In this document: positions 33,456 through 48,356 of the stretch, in pieces | How the letters are laid out: each line of letters starts with the position of its first letter | Numbering within the stretch: position 1 is the first letter of the stretch | Assembly (NCBI GenBank): GCA_963718525.1 | Contig: OY970355.1 | Coordinates: forward strand, 1,312,001-1,376,000 | From: Candidatus Dormiibacterota bacterium | GTDB lineage: Bacteria; Chloroflexota; Dormibacteria; Aeolococcales; Aeolococcaceae | Reading direction: 5' to 3' | DNA: 64,000 bases | Program-made: the position numbers and the translations under genes | The notes under the pieces: model-generated | Told to the model about the DNA's origin: nothing | Seen by the model: only the letters and a program-made list of their open reading frames with translations | Database searches by the model: none

Positions 33456-34031
33456 ATGAACGGCCTCGCGCAGCCGCTCGAGAGCAGCCCGCAGCTGCTC
33501 GATGGAGCGGCGCTGCAACGCATCACCATGCGTCTCGCGCACGAGATCACGGAGCGCCACCCCGCATTGGACCGCGTCGTGCTGGTCGGCATTCCGACGC
33601 GCGGCGTCCCGCTCGCCCGCGTCGTGGCGAATCACCTCGTGCAACTGGGACACGCCGCCCCACCCATTGCGGCGCTCGACCCGAGCGCGCATCGCGATGA
33701 CCGTCCGCGTCCGGCGGCCCCGCACGCGGCGCTCGATGACGTCGATGGTGGTCCCATGCCCCGGATCGACGGCTCCGTTGTGATCGTGGTCGACGACGTG
33801 CTCTTCACCGGTCGTACGGTTCGAGCGGCGCTCGATGCCCTCGTCGATTGCGGACGCCCCGCCACCGTCGAGATTCTCGCGCTGATCGACCGAGGCCACC
33901 GCGAGCTCCCACTGCGTGCGACGTACGTCGGCAAGAACGTGCCGACGGCGCCGGGTGATCGCGTGTTCGTGCGCCTTCGCGACGTGGACGGCGTCGACGG
34001 CGCATGGCTGCGCCAAGGTGCCGCTCTGTGA
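33456..34031 (+). CDS. pyrR: pyr operon regulator / uracil phosphoribosyltransferase
   Basis: RLAHEI, GIPTRG, VDDVLFTGRTVRAALDAL, DRGHRELP and YVGKNVPT. Confidence 0.93.
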   Translation: MNGLAQPLESSPQLLDGAALQRITMRLAHEITERHPALDRVVLVGIPTRGVPLARVVANHLVQLGHAAPPIAALDPSAHRDDRPRPAAPHAALDDVDGGPMPRIDGSVVIVVDDVLFTGRTVRAALDALVDCGRPATVEILALIDRGHRELPLRATYVGKNVPTAPGDRVFVRLRDVDGVDGAWLRQGAAL

Positions 34032-35363
34032 ATGCGATCCTGCGCGGCGTCCGCGTCATCGACCCGCTCGGGCGTCTGGACGCCGCCGGCCAGGACGTGT
34101 GGATCGACGGCGGGAAGATCCTCGCCATCTACCACCACATCGACGCCGCGGGGGTACCGATCGTCGACCTGACCCCCCCGGCGGGGACGGATCCCTGCGT
34201 GCTGTGCCCGGGGTTCATCGACCTCCACGCGCATCTTCGTCAGCCCGGTGACGACGAGGCCGAGACGTTGGAGAGCGGATCGCGCGCAGCCGCGGCCGGC
34301 GGCTTCACGTCCGTGGTCGCGATGGCGAACACATCACCGCCCATCGACACACCGGAACGTGTCGCGGAAGCTCGCCTTGCCGCCAGCAATCTCCCGGTGT
34401 CGATCCTGCAGGTCGCTGCGCTCACCCGCGACCTCGCAGGCGCGGAGCTCGTCGACATCCGCAAATGCATCGAGGCGGGGGCCGTAGCGGTCGGCGACGA
34501 CGGACGCAACGCCGTGTCGCCGCGCCAGCTTGCCATCGCGCTCGCGGAAGCGGCCCACCTGTCTCGTGGGGTCTTCGTGCATCCCGAGGATGAGGAGATG
34601 ATCGCGCAGGCCAACGCCACCCAGGGATCGGTGACACGCAGCACGATCCGCCCCGCGGAGACGGAGACGCGCGCCGTGAATCTCGCGATTCGCGCGCTCG
34701 CCCATGCGCGGTCCGGACATCTCCATCTCCAGCACCTGTCCGCGGAAGGCTCGGTCGCATCACTGCGCCGTGCGCGCCACCAGGGCCTCGCCGTGAGCGC
34801 CGAGGTCACCCCGCATCACCTGTCGATGTGGCTCCCTATCGCCGAGGAGCCTGACCCGCAGGGGCTCCGCAAGGTGAACCCGCCGCTGCGCGCCGAGCAC
34901 GACAGGAACGCGCTGGTGCGAGCGTTGCGTGAGGGCCTCATCGAGGCGGTGGCGACGGACCATGCCCCGCACCGTGCCGACGAGAAATCGCTGGCGTATG
35001 CGGACGCGGCACCGGGGATGATCGGCCTCGAGACGGCCCTTGCCGCGTGCATCACCATCGGCGGGATGGGCGGAGAGTGGCTGGCCACGCTCGTCGAGCG
35101 ACTGACCGCCGGGCCGCATCGGATTCTCGGGCCGGCTTCGGGCGTGCCGGAACCACGGCTGAGGATCGGTGAGTCGGCGACGTGCACGCTGTTCGACCCC
35201 AACAGCGAATGGACCGTGGGAGAGGCCCCGCTGGAGTCGAGGTCGCGCAACACGCCGCTCATCGGGGCGAGACTTCGCGGCACCGTGCTGCTCACCATGG
35301 CGGGCGGCCGCGTCGTCCACCGCAATGCGGCGCGGGTGCCGCTCGCGCCGGAGCGGGTATCCA

Positions 35364-35371
<8 letters not shown>
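34028..35371 (+). CDS. pyrC: dihydroorotase
   Basis: PGFIDLHAHLR, AAAAGGFT, EVTPHH, KVNPPLR and ATDHAPH. Confidence 0.93.
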
Positions 35372-39994
<4,623 letters not shown>

Positions 39995-39998
<4 letters not shown>

Positions 39999-40843
39999 CC
40001 GCGGATCTGAGCAGGGCAGCTCTCGAGACCGGGGAGGTGCTCGTCGTGGAACGGCTGGGAGGGGGGCTGCTGGAGCTGGTCGTGCGGTTGCCACACCTCG
40101 CGGCGACCGCAATGCCGGGAATGTTCGCCCAGCTGCGCTGCGGCCGCAGCACCTCACCGCTGCTCCGGCGTCCGTTCAGCGTTGCATGGACGCAGGACGA
40201 CACGTGTGGCTTCATCTTCGAGGCGGTCGGCGCGGGCACTCGCCTGCTCGCAGAGCTCGAGCCCGGCGATCCGCTCGACATCCTCGGCCCGCTTGGACAT
40301 GGATTCAGCGTCGCGGACGGTGGATCGGTCGTCTGCGTGTCCGGCGGCCTCGGCTGTGCTCCCTTCCCGCTGCTCATCAACGAGCTCCGGCGCCGGGGCG
40401 TTGAAGACATACTTGTCTTGAACGGGGCGCGCACCGCGACGCGCCTCTATCCCGCTGAGCGATTTGCTCGTCCGGCGGTGCCCCTAGTTGCGGAGGCGAC
40501 CGATGACGGCACTCGCGGCCACCGCGGGTACGTCACCGACCTGCTCCGCCAGGCGCTGGAGTCGCACCCGTCGGCCATCTACGCCTGCGGACCGAACGCG
40601 ATGCTCGGCGCGGTGATGCGAACGCTGCTCGAATCCGGAGCCGATCTCCCTCCGACGCTCGAGGCGTCGCTGGAGGCGCCGATGGGCTGCGGATTCGGCA
40701 CCTGCCTCGGCTGCGCGCTGCCGGTCCGCGGCGAGGATGGATCGCCGGCGTGGCGGCTCTGCTGCACCGACGGTCCGGTCATGCCGATGCGCGACGTCGA
40801 CTGGGATGCTCTCCGCGCGCTCCCGGGAGCGGACGTCGCGTGA
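39995..40843 (+). CDS. pyrK: dihydroorotate dehydrogenase electron transfer subunit
   Basis: LRRPFS, GPLGHGF, GGLG, ACGP and the 2Fe-2S motif MGCGFGTCLGC...C.DGPV. Confidence 0.92.
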
Positions 40844-41703
40844 CCGAAAACCGAGCAGGTGGCGTCGATCTCGGGCGCGGCCTGACGCTGGCGAACCAGG
40901 TCGGACTGGCGAGCGGAACCGCTGGATACGGTTTCGAGCTCGAGCAGCTGATCGACATCAATGGCCTCGGGGCGCTGTACACGAAGGGCACGACCGTCCA
41001 GCCCCGCGAGGGCAACCCGCCTCCCCGCGTCGCCGAGACCGGCGGAGGGATGCTCAACAGCATCGGGCTACAGAATCCCGGCGTCGACGTGGTCGCATCC
41101 ACGTACGCGCCGCGCTGGAGGGGCTGGGCGATTCCCATCATCCTGAACATCGCCGGCGGCTCGATTGACGACTACGTGCACTGCACGAGAGTCCTCGAAC
41201 CGATTGCCGAAGTCGCGGGCATCGAGCTCAACATCTCGTGTCCGAACATCGCGCAGGGGCTCGACTTCGGCCGCGATCCGGCTGCGGCCGCTCGACTGGT
41301 CGGCGCGGTGCGAGCCGTCACCGAACGCTGCATCATCGTGAAGCTCAGCCCCAACGTCACTGACATCGGGGCGGTTGCCCGAGCCGTTGAGGAAGCCGGC
41401 GCCGACGCGGTGTCGGCGGTGAACACCTACATCGGCAGAAAGATCCACAGGGCGACCGGCCGGTCAGTGCTTCCCCTCGGCACGGGCGGCCTCAGTGGTC
41501 CTGCGATCCAGCCACTCGCGCTGGCCGCTGTCGCCGCGGTCTGCGAAGCCGTGCACATCCCGGTGATCGGCGTCGGCGGCATCGCGGACGCTGCATCGGC
41601 ACGTGACTTCCTGATTGTCGGAGCCTGCGCGGTGCAGGTGGGGACTGCGACGTTCGTCAACCCGGAGACCGCCCTGCAGGTGCTGGACGGTCTCCGGGGT
41701 TGA
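40840..41703 (+). CDS. pyrD: dihydroorotate dehydrogenase B catalytic subunit
   Basis: ASGT, GNPPPR, NSIGLQNPG, ELNISCPN, KLSPN and GGLSGPAI. Confidence 0.94.
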   Translation: MTENRAGGVDLGRGLTLANQVGLASGTAGYGFELEQLIDINGLGALYTKGTTVQPREGNPPPRVAETGGGMLNSIGLQNPGVDVVASTYAPRWRGWAIPIILNIAGGSIDDYVHCTRVLEPIAEVAGIELNISCPNIAQGLDFGRDPAAAARLVGAVRAVTERCIIVKLSPNVTDIGAVARAVEEAGADAVSAVNTYIGRKIHRATGRSVLPLGTGGLSGPAIQPLALAAVAAVCEAVHIPVIGVGGIADAASARDFLIVGACAVQVGTATFVNPETALQVLDGLRG

Positions 41704-41729
41704 CTGCCGTTACTGACTGACGGCGGACC

Positions 41730-43133
41730 TCAGGCCGGCGTGCCGGCCTCCACCGGCGTCGGACTGAGATGTCCGTTGAGCGACATGACTTCCTCGGGTG
41801 GTTCCATGTCGATCGCGACCTCCCCATGGAGCAGGAGGTCACCAACCTCGAGTTGCTTGTCGGTCATGCGGAGCGGAACGATGAGCCCGACCAGCTTGAT
41901 CACGACAAAGGTTGCCGCCGCGTCGTACACGATGATGAAACCCAGGGCGATCGCTTGGAGGAGCAACTGCTTTGCATTGCCGTAGACGAGGCCGGTCACG
42001 GCGACAGATGCGGTCCCTGCGGTGCCCACGTAGACGATCATGTTCGGCGACGCGAGCACACCGGTCATGAGGCCGCCGAACGCTCCCGCAACGCCATGCG
42101 TATGGAAGACACCGAGCGTGTCGTCGACTCTGCCGGTGAACAACTTGGTCTTGCCCAGAAAGTTCATGGAGAGCCACGGCAGGACTCCGGCACCGATGCC
42201 GATGATGAACGCCGCGTAGCCATTGACGTAACCGGCTCCGGGGGTGATCGCCACCAGGCCGGCGATCATGCCGCTGATCATCCCGATGATGGTCGGCTTC
42301 TTAAGGAAGGCGATGTCCATGATCATCCAGACCAGCAATGCAGTCGCCGTGCACAGATGGGTGTTGAGCACCGCTGCTGATGCGTCGGCGTTGGCGAAGT
42401 ACGGATCACCGCCGTTGAATCCGCTCCAGCCGAGCCACAGGAGTCCCCCTCCGGCGACCGCCAGCATGATGTTGCTCGGCGTGTTGTTCTGCCGGTCCTT
42501 GAGCAGTCGTGGACCGATCACGGCAGCGGCGACGAAGGCGGATACCGCAGCGGCGACATGGATGACGTAGCCACCGCTGTAGTCGACGGCCCCGAGGGCA
42601 CCGAGCCAGCCACCGCCCCAGAGGCTGAAGGCTCCCACCGAGTACACGAGCGTGATCCAGAGCGGGACGAAGAGCGCCCACGCCTTGAAGCTGATGCGCC
42701 CGAGCAGCGCGCCGCCCAGGATGATGACCGTGATCGTCGCGAAGACGAACTGGAAGTACACGAGCGACGACATCGGGAAGCGCAGTGCGGGAATCAGCCC
42801 GGTGAGCAGCGGGATGCTCGCCTGCTGTTCGAGGTCACTCGCTCCGGCAATGGGGTGAGGTATTCCCACAAACGTCGTAGCGGCGCCGGCGACGTGCAGC
42901 GGCTGGCCGAAGCTCATGTCATACGCAAAGAACATCCAGATGACCAAGGTCATCGCGAATGCGTAAACGACCATCAGCGCGGAGTTGACGGCAAACTTGC
43001 GCTTCATCAACCCTGCGTACAGGATCGCGAGGCCCGGGATGCTCATGATCCCGACCAGCGTCGCCGACGTGAGCTGCCACGCCGTATCGCCGGAGTTCAG
43101 CCAGCTTGGATCCGGGGTCAGGGCAGACAACAT
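41730..43133 (-). CDS. amt: ammonium transporter
   Basis: GDTAW, FQFVFA, DYSGGYVIH, WLGWSGFNGG, GLVAITP, VDD...FHTHG and HGE. Confidence 0.93.
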   Translation of the reverse strand: MLSALTPDPSWLNSGDTAWQLTSATLVGIMSIPGLAILYAGLMKRKFAVNSALMVVYAFAMTLVIWMFFAYDMSFGQPLHVAGAATTFVGIPHPIAGASDLEQQASIPLLTGLIPALRFPMSSLVYFQFVFATITVIILGGALLGRISFKAWALFVPLWITLVYSVGAFSLWGGGWLGALGAVDYSGGYVIHVAAAVSAFVAAAVIGPRLLKDRQNNTPSNIMLAVAGGGLLWLGWSGFNGGDPYFANADASAAVLNTHLCTATALLVWMIMDIAFLKKPTIIGMISGMIAGLVAITPGAGYVNGYAAFIIGIGAGVLPWLSMNFLGKTKLFTGRVDDTLGVFHTHGVAGAFGGLMTGVLASPNMIVYVGTAGTASVAVTGLVYGNAKQLLLQAIALGFIIVYDAAATFVVIKLVGLIVPLRMTDKQLEVGDLLLHGEVAIDMEPPEEVMSLNGHLSPTPVEAGTPA

Positions 43134-43314
43134 TGCGATACCTCACCTCTTACTCTGCTGATGTGCAAATGCACCGACATGCGCCTTGGTCGGAACTTTG
43201 TCAGAGGCAGGCGCTGGGTTCTTCGGCCGCAACGCACAGATACAACGGCCGCGGGCTGTACTCCGCGCACGACTCACACTGGACGCGAAGCACAGGCCGC
43301 AGCCGGCGCTCAGG

Positions 43315-45687
43315 TCAGACGGCTGTGCGCAGGTAGCTCGGGAAGATCTCGACGCCGCCAGGGGGCGCCACTCGCAGCGCAGGGAGGGTAGGGGCAGCCT
43401 CGAATTCCTGAGCGGGCACCGGTCTGCCGGTGAAGTACCCCTGAGCGCGGTCACAGCCAAGCAATGACAGCAATTCCAGCGTCGCCAGCGTCTCGATGCC
43501 CTCGGCGACCACGACCAACCCCAGCGCATGGCCCAGCTCGATGGTGGCGCGCACCAGCTTGGTGTCCTGCTCGCGCCCGCTGACGCTCAGGCCACCGATG
43601 AAGGTGCGATCGAGCTTCAGCTCCGTGATCGGGAGGCTGCCAAGGTAGGCGAGCGAGGTGAACCCCGAGCCGAAGTCATCGATCGACACCCCGACGCCCA
43701 GCGCGCGGAGCTCTTCGATGACACCCTGACAGGCGGTGAAGTCGCGGATGATCGTCGTCTCTGTGATCTCCAGGATCACGGCGGATGCGGGAAGACGATG
43801 GCGCCGGAGCGCCGCGCGGACGAGGTCGGTGAACCCTGGATCGAGGAGGTTCGACGACGAGACGTTGACGGACATGGCGATGCGGCTGCCCGCGCTGCGC
43901 CATACGGCACACTGTGCGAGCGCCTGCTCGAGCACGACTCGCGTGAGCGGCCCCATGAGACCGGCTTCCTCGGCAAGCGGGAGGAACTCCAACGGTGGAA
44001 TCAGGCCGAGCCGGGGATGCGGCCAGCGCACGAGCGCCTCGGCAGCGACGGTCTCCCCGTTGCGCAGATCCACCTGCGGCTGGTAATGCAAGACGAGCCG
44101 CTCACTCTCGACCGCAGCACGCAACTCCTCGACGAGCGCGAGCCGGTTGCCGCCGTCGTCGATCGACGGCGTGTACACCTCGTACGACTGGTGGGTCATC
44201 TTCGCGCGATACATGGCGACGTCCGCACAGCGCATGAGGCCGATGCTGTCACCGGCATCCGCCGGCGCCGTCGCGATCCCGATGCTCGCACTGATCCGCA
44301 CGCTGACCCCGTTGAGGACGAAGGGTTGCTCGAGCAGCGTCGTCAGACGCCGAGCGAGTCCTGCTCCGTACGCGGGATCGCTATCGATGAGCACCGCACC
44401 AAGCTCATCGCCACCGATTCGTACGAGGACGTCGGAGGCCCGTAGCGAGCTCCTCAGCCGCGGTCCGAGCTGTTTGAGCAGCTCGTCCCCTGCGGAGTGC
44501 CCAAACGAGTCGTTGATCTCCTTGAAGTGATCCAGGTCCACGAAGAGGAATGCCATGGTCCTCTGCGGCGTTGACGGATCGGCGAGGTCCTCGAAGTAGG
44601 CATCGAGGATCGCTGTGAGCCGGCGGCGATTGCCCAGCCCGGTGAGCTCGTCCGTGACCGCCTGGCGATGTCGCTCCTCGGTCAGGGCCCGAAGCCCATG
44701 CACGGAAAGCGCGAGGCGCAGCCCGACCACCACGAGCGTGGCGGTGGCCAGACCCACCGCAATCTGGCTGACGTCATGCGCTACCGAACCGACGAACATG
44801 ATCACCAACCCGGCCGCGGCGCCCGCTCCGGGGAGGACGAAGCCAGGCAGCTTTCCGCTCTCAACCAGGTCGCGGAGACCCGGAGGCAACCAGACCGAGA
44901 TCGACATCAGGGTGATCGCAATCGGCCACGCGATGCCGTTGAAGACGATCCCCACCTGTGCGGTCGAACCGAAGAGATTGAACGTGTCTCCGATCCCATT
45001 CACCGCACAGGCGGTGGCGAACAGCAGCCAGGGCATCCGCCGTCCCGGAAGGATGGCGGTGCCGCCCACCACCAGGGCGAGCAGCAGAACGTCGCCGATC
45101 GGGTACACGAGGTCGACCACCACTCCGAAGGGGTTGACACCACCCGTGTCCCCGCCGAGCGACCTGAGGACCGCGTGGAACGCGAACGCGGCGCATACGG
45201 CGGCTGCGCCGAGTCCGGCGATGGCTCCATCCAGCCACGTGGCCGGCAGGAGCCGGCCGATCTCCCTGCGGAGCATGAGCACGATCGCCACGTAGGCCAG
45301 CGGATAAAAGCCCACATAGAACGCGTCGGCCAGTGATGGGTGTGCCGCGATTGACCCACCCCAGGTCTCGGCGGCCAGCACGAGGTCACCGAGCGACCAG
45401 AAGAGCACGGCGGTGCCGAGCACCAGGGGAATCGCCCGGCCCTGCTGGCGGGTGAATCCACGGGCAAGCAGCAGGCCGGCGGCCACCACCTCGTAGATTC
45501 CGACGCCCCAGTCGTCGACCCAAGGCCAGTTCGCGCCCGGAGAGCGGACGAGCAGCGAGACGACGTAAGCGGTGACCAGCGCGCCCATGACCGCATACAC
45601 GACCCAGAGGGCCAACGGGGCTCCCCCGGTCGGTCTGAGGAATGCCGGGGGTGCCCGCCGTTCACGAGGGGCCGCCGAACTCACCAC
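43315..45687 (-). CDS. membrane-bound GGDEF-EAL c-di-GMP enzyme
   Basis: Multiple TM helices. GGDEF part: DELTGLGN, DLDHFKEINDSFGH, RIGGDEL. EAL part: EALVRW, EITE, DDFGSG, AEGIE, QGY. Confidence 0.9.
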   Translation of the reverse strand: MVSSAAPRERRAPPAFLRPTGGAPLALWVVYAVMGALVTAYVVSLLVRSPGANWPWVDDWGVGIYEVVAAGLLLARGFTRQQGRAIPLVLGTAVLFWSLGDLVLAAETWGGSIAAHPSLADAFYVGFYPLAYVAIVLMLRREIGRLLPATWLDGAIAGLGAAAVCAAFAFHAVLRSLGGDTGGVNPFGVVVDLVYPIGDVLLLALVVGGTAILPGRRMPWLLFATACAVNGIGDTFNLFGSTAQVGIVFNGIAWPIAITLMSISVWLPPGLRDLVESGKLPGFVLPGAGAAAGLVIMFVGSVAHDVSQIAVGLATATLVVVGLRLALSVHGLRALTEERHRQAVTDELTGLGNRRRLTAILDAYFEDLADPSTPQRTMAFLFVDLDHFKEINDSFGHSAGDELLKQLGPRLRSSLRASDVLVRIGGDELGAVLIDSDPAYGAGLARRLTTLLEQPFVLNGVSVRISASIGIATAPADAGDSIGLMRCADVAMYRAKMTHQSYEVYTPSIDDGGNRLALVEELRAAVESERLVLHYQPQVDLRNGETVAAEALVRWPHPRLGLIPPLEFLPLAEEAGLMGPLTRVVLEQALAQCAVWRSAGSRIAMSVNVSSSNLLDPGFTDLVRAALRRHRLPASAVILEITETTIIRDFTACQGVIEELRALGVGVSIDDFGSGFTSLAYLGSLPITELKLDRTFIGGLSVSGREQDTKLVRATIELGHALGLVVVAEGIETLATLELLSLLGCDRAQGYFTGRPVPAQEFEAAPTLPALRVAPPGGVEIFPSYLRTAV

Positions 45688-45793
45688 AGCAGCTTTGCCG
45701 ATCTCGTGTTGAATTCCGGTTGCGACTGTGGAACGACAATGACCTCAGGCCGCTAAAAAGGCGGCCGCTCAGTGCAAACGCGGGGGACCTGGA

Positions 45794-46285
45794 ATGGCGG
45801 CAGTTGATCAGGTGGCGGTGAGCATCGTCAGCACCGAGGCGCAGCTTGGGAGGCTCCTCCCGCTGATGCGGGCCTATTGCGATTTCTACCGCGTCGAGCC
45901 CTCGGATGAGGCGCTGCTCTTGCTTTCGCGATCACTGATGGCCGATCCAACCCACGAGGGTGTGCAATTGATCGCCACCGACGGGGCCGCGGACCTGGGG
46001 TTTGCGACCCTCTTCTGGAGCTGGGAAACCACCACCGCAGGGCGCGTCGGCGTCATGAACGATCTGTTTGTTGCCGCCCCGGCGCGAGGTCGCGGCATCG
46101 GCTCGGCGCTGATCGCCGCCTGCCTGGAGCGATGCCGCCATCATGGCGCGGCCCGAATGATCTGGCAGACGGCCGTGGACAACGTGTCCGCCCAGGCGGT
46201 GTACGACCACGTCGGGGCGACCAGAGAAAGCTGGGTCGACTACTGGATCGACACCCGGACGACAGGGACAGCGGAACGGCGCTAG
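45794..46285 (+). CDS. GNAT acetyltransferase
   Basis: DLFVAAPARGRGIG acetyl-CoA motif A and N..AQAVY. Confidence 0.85.
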   Translation: MAAVDQVAVSIVSTEAQLGRLLPLMRAYCDFYRVEPSDEALLLLSRSLMADPTHEGVQLIATDGAADLGFATLFWSWETTTAGRVGVMNDLFVAAPARGRGIGSALIAACLERCRHHGAARMIWQTAVDNVSAQAVYDHVGATRESWVDYWIDTRTTGTAERR

Positions 46286-46293
46286 GCCGCGGA

Positions 46294-46890
46294 TTACTTC
46301 TTCGCGGCCTGGTAGTAGGGATTCGCGCCCTGCGCGTGATCCGTGGTGTCGCGAACCTCGGTGATCTGCGGGAACCGCTCGAGGATCGCCACGCGCACCC
46401 CCTGTCCAAGCGTGACCTCGGCCATGCCGCAGCCCTGACAGCCACCGCCCATGTGGATGAACGCCACTCCATCGTTGACGTCGAGCAGGTCGATATAACC
46501 GCCGTGGGTGGCGACCGACGGGTTGATCTCGTCGTCGAGGAGCCGCTGCACGTCGCGAGCAAGGTCGTCGAACCAGAGCGGATTCGGGTTGTCGACCGTG
46601 AGCGCACCGCGTGCGCGATCGGCGTCGATGGTGATGCCGTCGAGGTATGGCGCCGACGCGATGGGCATAGTGAAACGGACGCCCGACGGCCCGTTGACGA
46701 CCATCTCGCCGTCGCGCTCGTCGCCGGCATTGACCAGGGAGAGGTCGTACGTGAACGCGCCGCCCTGCCGTCCGGTGACCGCTATTCGCACGCCCGCGTC
46801 CGGCTGTTTGCGGTTGGCCCTCACCTGCTCGATCCGCGTCAAAGCGTAGTCGGTGATTGCGATTCTCGGTTCCTTCACGCTGTCGTCCAT
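46294..46890 (-). CDS. nfuA: Fe-S biogenesis protein NfuA (degenerate ATC domain + NifU-C domain)
   Basis: INPSVATHGG, MGGGCQGC, DTTDHAQGANPYY, with an N-terminal HesB-like domain. Confidence 0.85.
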   Translation of the reverse strand: MDDSVKEPRIAITDYALTRIEQVRANRKQPDAGVRIAVTGRQGGAFTYDLSLVNAGDERDGEMVVNGPSGVRFTMPIASAPYLDGITIDADRARGALTVDNPNPLWFDDLARDVQRLLDDEINPSVATHGGYIDLLDVNDGVAFIHMGGGCQGCGMAEVTLGQGVRVAILERFPQITEVRDTTDHAQGANPYYQAAKK

Positions 46891-46927
46891 GGTACGTCGG
46901 TTCGAATCTCGAGCGTAGGCTGAGTGG

Positions 46928-48178
46928 ATGCCGAGGGTGATGCTCGTCCTGCCCACCGAGACGTATCGAGCCACAGCATTTCTCCGCGCAGCCGAGGAAC
47001 TCGGGCTCGACGTGGTGGTTGCCTCCAACGAGGCGCCGACGCTGGCGACGCTCATGGAGGGCCGCGTTCTCACGCTCGATCTGCAGCGACTCGACGAGTC
47101 CGCCGCCCGCGCACTGCAGTTCGCCGCTCGGTGGCCGGTCGACGCCGTTGTCGGAGTCGACGAGCTGTCAGTGGTGACCGCTGCCAACATCGCCGAACGG
47201 TTGGACGTGACGCGGAGAAATCCCATCGCGGCTGTCGCGGCAACGCGGGACAAACGCCAGCTGCGCAAGCGTCTGACCGCGTCAGGACTGACGCAGCCTC
47301 GGGTCGCGGAGATCGATGCCGATGCGGACGAGCGCACCCTCGACGCGGCGGTACGCCGTGCCGGCCTGCCATGCGTGGTCAAACCGGTTGACCTGGCTGC
47401 CAGTCGTGGCGTGATCCGAGCCGACAGCCGTGTTGACGTCGACAGTGCCGTGCAACGCGTTGGGAGACTCCTGCGGAGCATCTGCGCTGGCGGTGCGATA
47501 CCGCCGATGATCGTCGAGAGCTACGTCGATGGCGCAGAGATCGCTGTCGAAGGCCTGCTGCGAGCAGGGCGGCTCGAGGTGATCGCCTTGTTCGACAAGC
47601 CGGATCCGCTCACCGGGCCGTTCTTCGAGGAGACCATCTACGTCACGCCGTCACGCCTCGACGCGGCGTCCCAGCGCGCCGCGATCGACGCCGTCAGTGA
47701 TGCGGTGTCGTCACTCGGATTGCGGGACGGACCGATCCACGCGGAGGTACGGATGGGCGACGACGACCCCGTTGTCATCGAGGTGGCTGCGCGTTCGATC
47801 GGCGGCCTCTGCTCGCAGGTCATCCGTCTCGTGTGCGGGGATGCACCCGATGAGGTTCGGTCTCTGGAGAACGTGATCCTTCGCCAGGCGTGTGGATTGC
47901 CCCTGGGCGCGATCGAGCGCTTCGATGCCGCCTCGGGAGTGTTCATGCTGCCGGTGCCTGACGCCGGGGTCCTCAGGCACGTGCACGGCCTCGACCAGGC
48001 CATGTCGCTCCCCGGCATCACCGGCGTCACCATCTCGGTCCCTCCCGGCGAGCGATTGACGCCGCTTCCGGAGGGCGATCGATATCTCGGCTTCATCTTC
48101 GCGAGGGGCGATACGCCGGACGCGGTCGAGTCGGCGCTGCGTCAGGCGGAGCTGCGGCTCAGCGTCGAGCTTGCATAG
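46928..48178 (+). CDS. ATP-grasp domain protein (L-amino-acid-ligase-like)
   Basis: RDK, PCVVKP...ASRGV, VESYVDG.E, HAEVR and IEVAARSIGG. Confidence 0.8.
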   Translation: MPRVMLVLPTETYRATAFLRAAEELGLDVVVASNEAPTLATLMEGRVLTLDLQRLDESAARALQFAARWPVDAVVGVDELSVVTAANIAERLDVTRRNPIAAVAATRDKRQLRKRLTASGLTQPRVAEIDADADERTLDAAVRRAGLPCVVKPVDLAASRGVIRADSRVDVDSAVQRVGRLLRSICAGGAIPPMIVESYVDGAEIAVEGLLRAGRLEVIALFDKPDPLTGPFFEETIYVTPSRLDAASQRAAIDAVSDAVSSLGLRDGPIHAEVRMGDDDPVVIEVAARSIGGLCSQVIRLVCGDAPDEVRSLENVILRQACGLPLGAIERFDAASGVFMLPVPDAGVLRHVHGLDQAMSLPGITGVTISVPPGERLTPLPEGDRYLGFIFARGDTPDAVESALRQAELRLSVELA

Positions 48179-48234
48179 ACGCCGAGTTGGCCCCGTGCCT
48201 CACGGCCCGCGTCCCAGGAGGCGGCGCGAGAGCA

Positions 48235-48305
48235 TGCCCCCTGGAGGAATCGAACCTCCCTCAACCGGTTAAAAGCCGGCTGCTCTACCGATGAGCTAAG
48301 GGGGC
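48235..48305 (-). tRNA. tRNA-Lys (anticodon UUU), CCA not encoded
   Basis: Minus strand folds as a cloverleaf: acceptor GCCCCCT/AGGGGGC+A, D-arm GCTC..GAGC, anticodon arm GCCGG-CTTTTAA-CCGGT, T-arm GGAGG-TTCGATT-CCTCC. Confidence 0.93.
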
Positions 48306-48356
48306 GGGACCCGGATTGTATTGCCGCCTGTGCAGCACGCCCTACCATCGGCACAC

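Noticed and set aside
43134-43314. GlnR/TnrA box or glutamine riboswitch upstream of amt
   Set aside because: There is no convincing TGTNA-N7-TNACA or GTNAC-N6-GAAAC match and no recognisable aptamer.
45748-45766. GGCCGC-TAAAAAG-GCGGCC hairpin between divergent genes
   Set aside because: The stem is short and GC-rich, lies in a promoter region and has no U-tail, so it cannot be distinguished from chance.
48179-48305. Genomic island integrated at tRNA-Lys
   Set aside because: There is no integrase, I saw no duplicated tRNA 3' end, and the flanking genes look like core or ordinary accessory genes.
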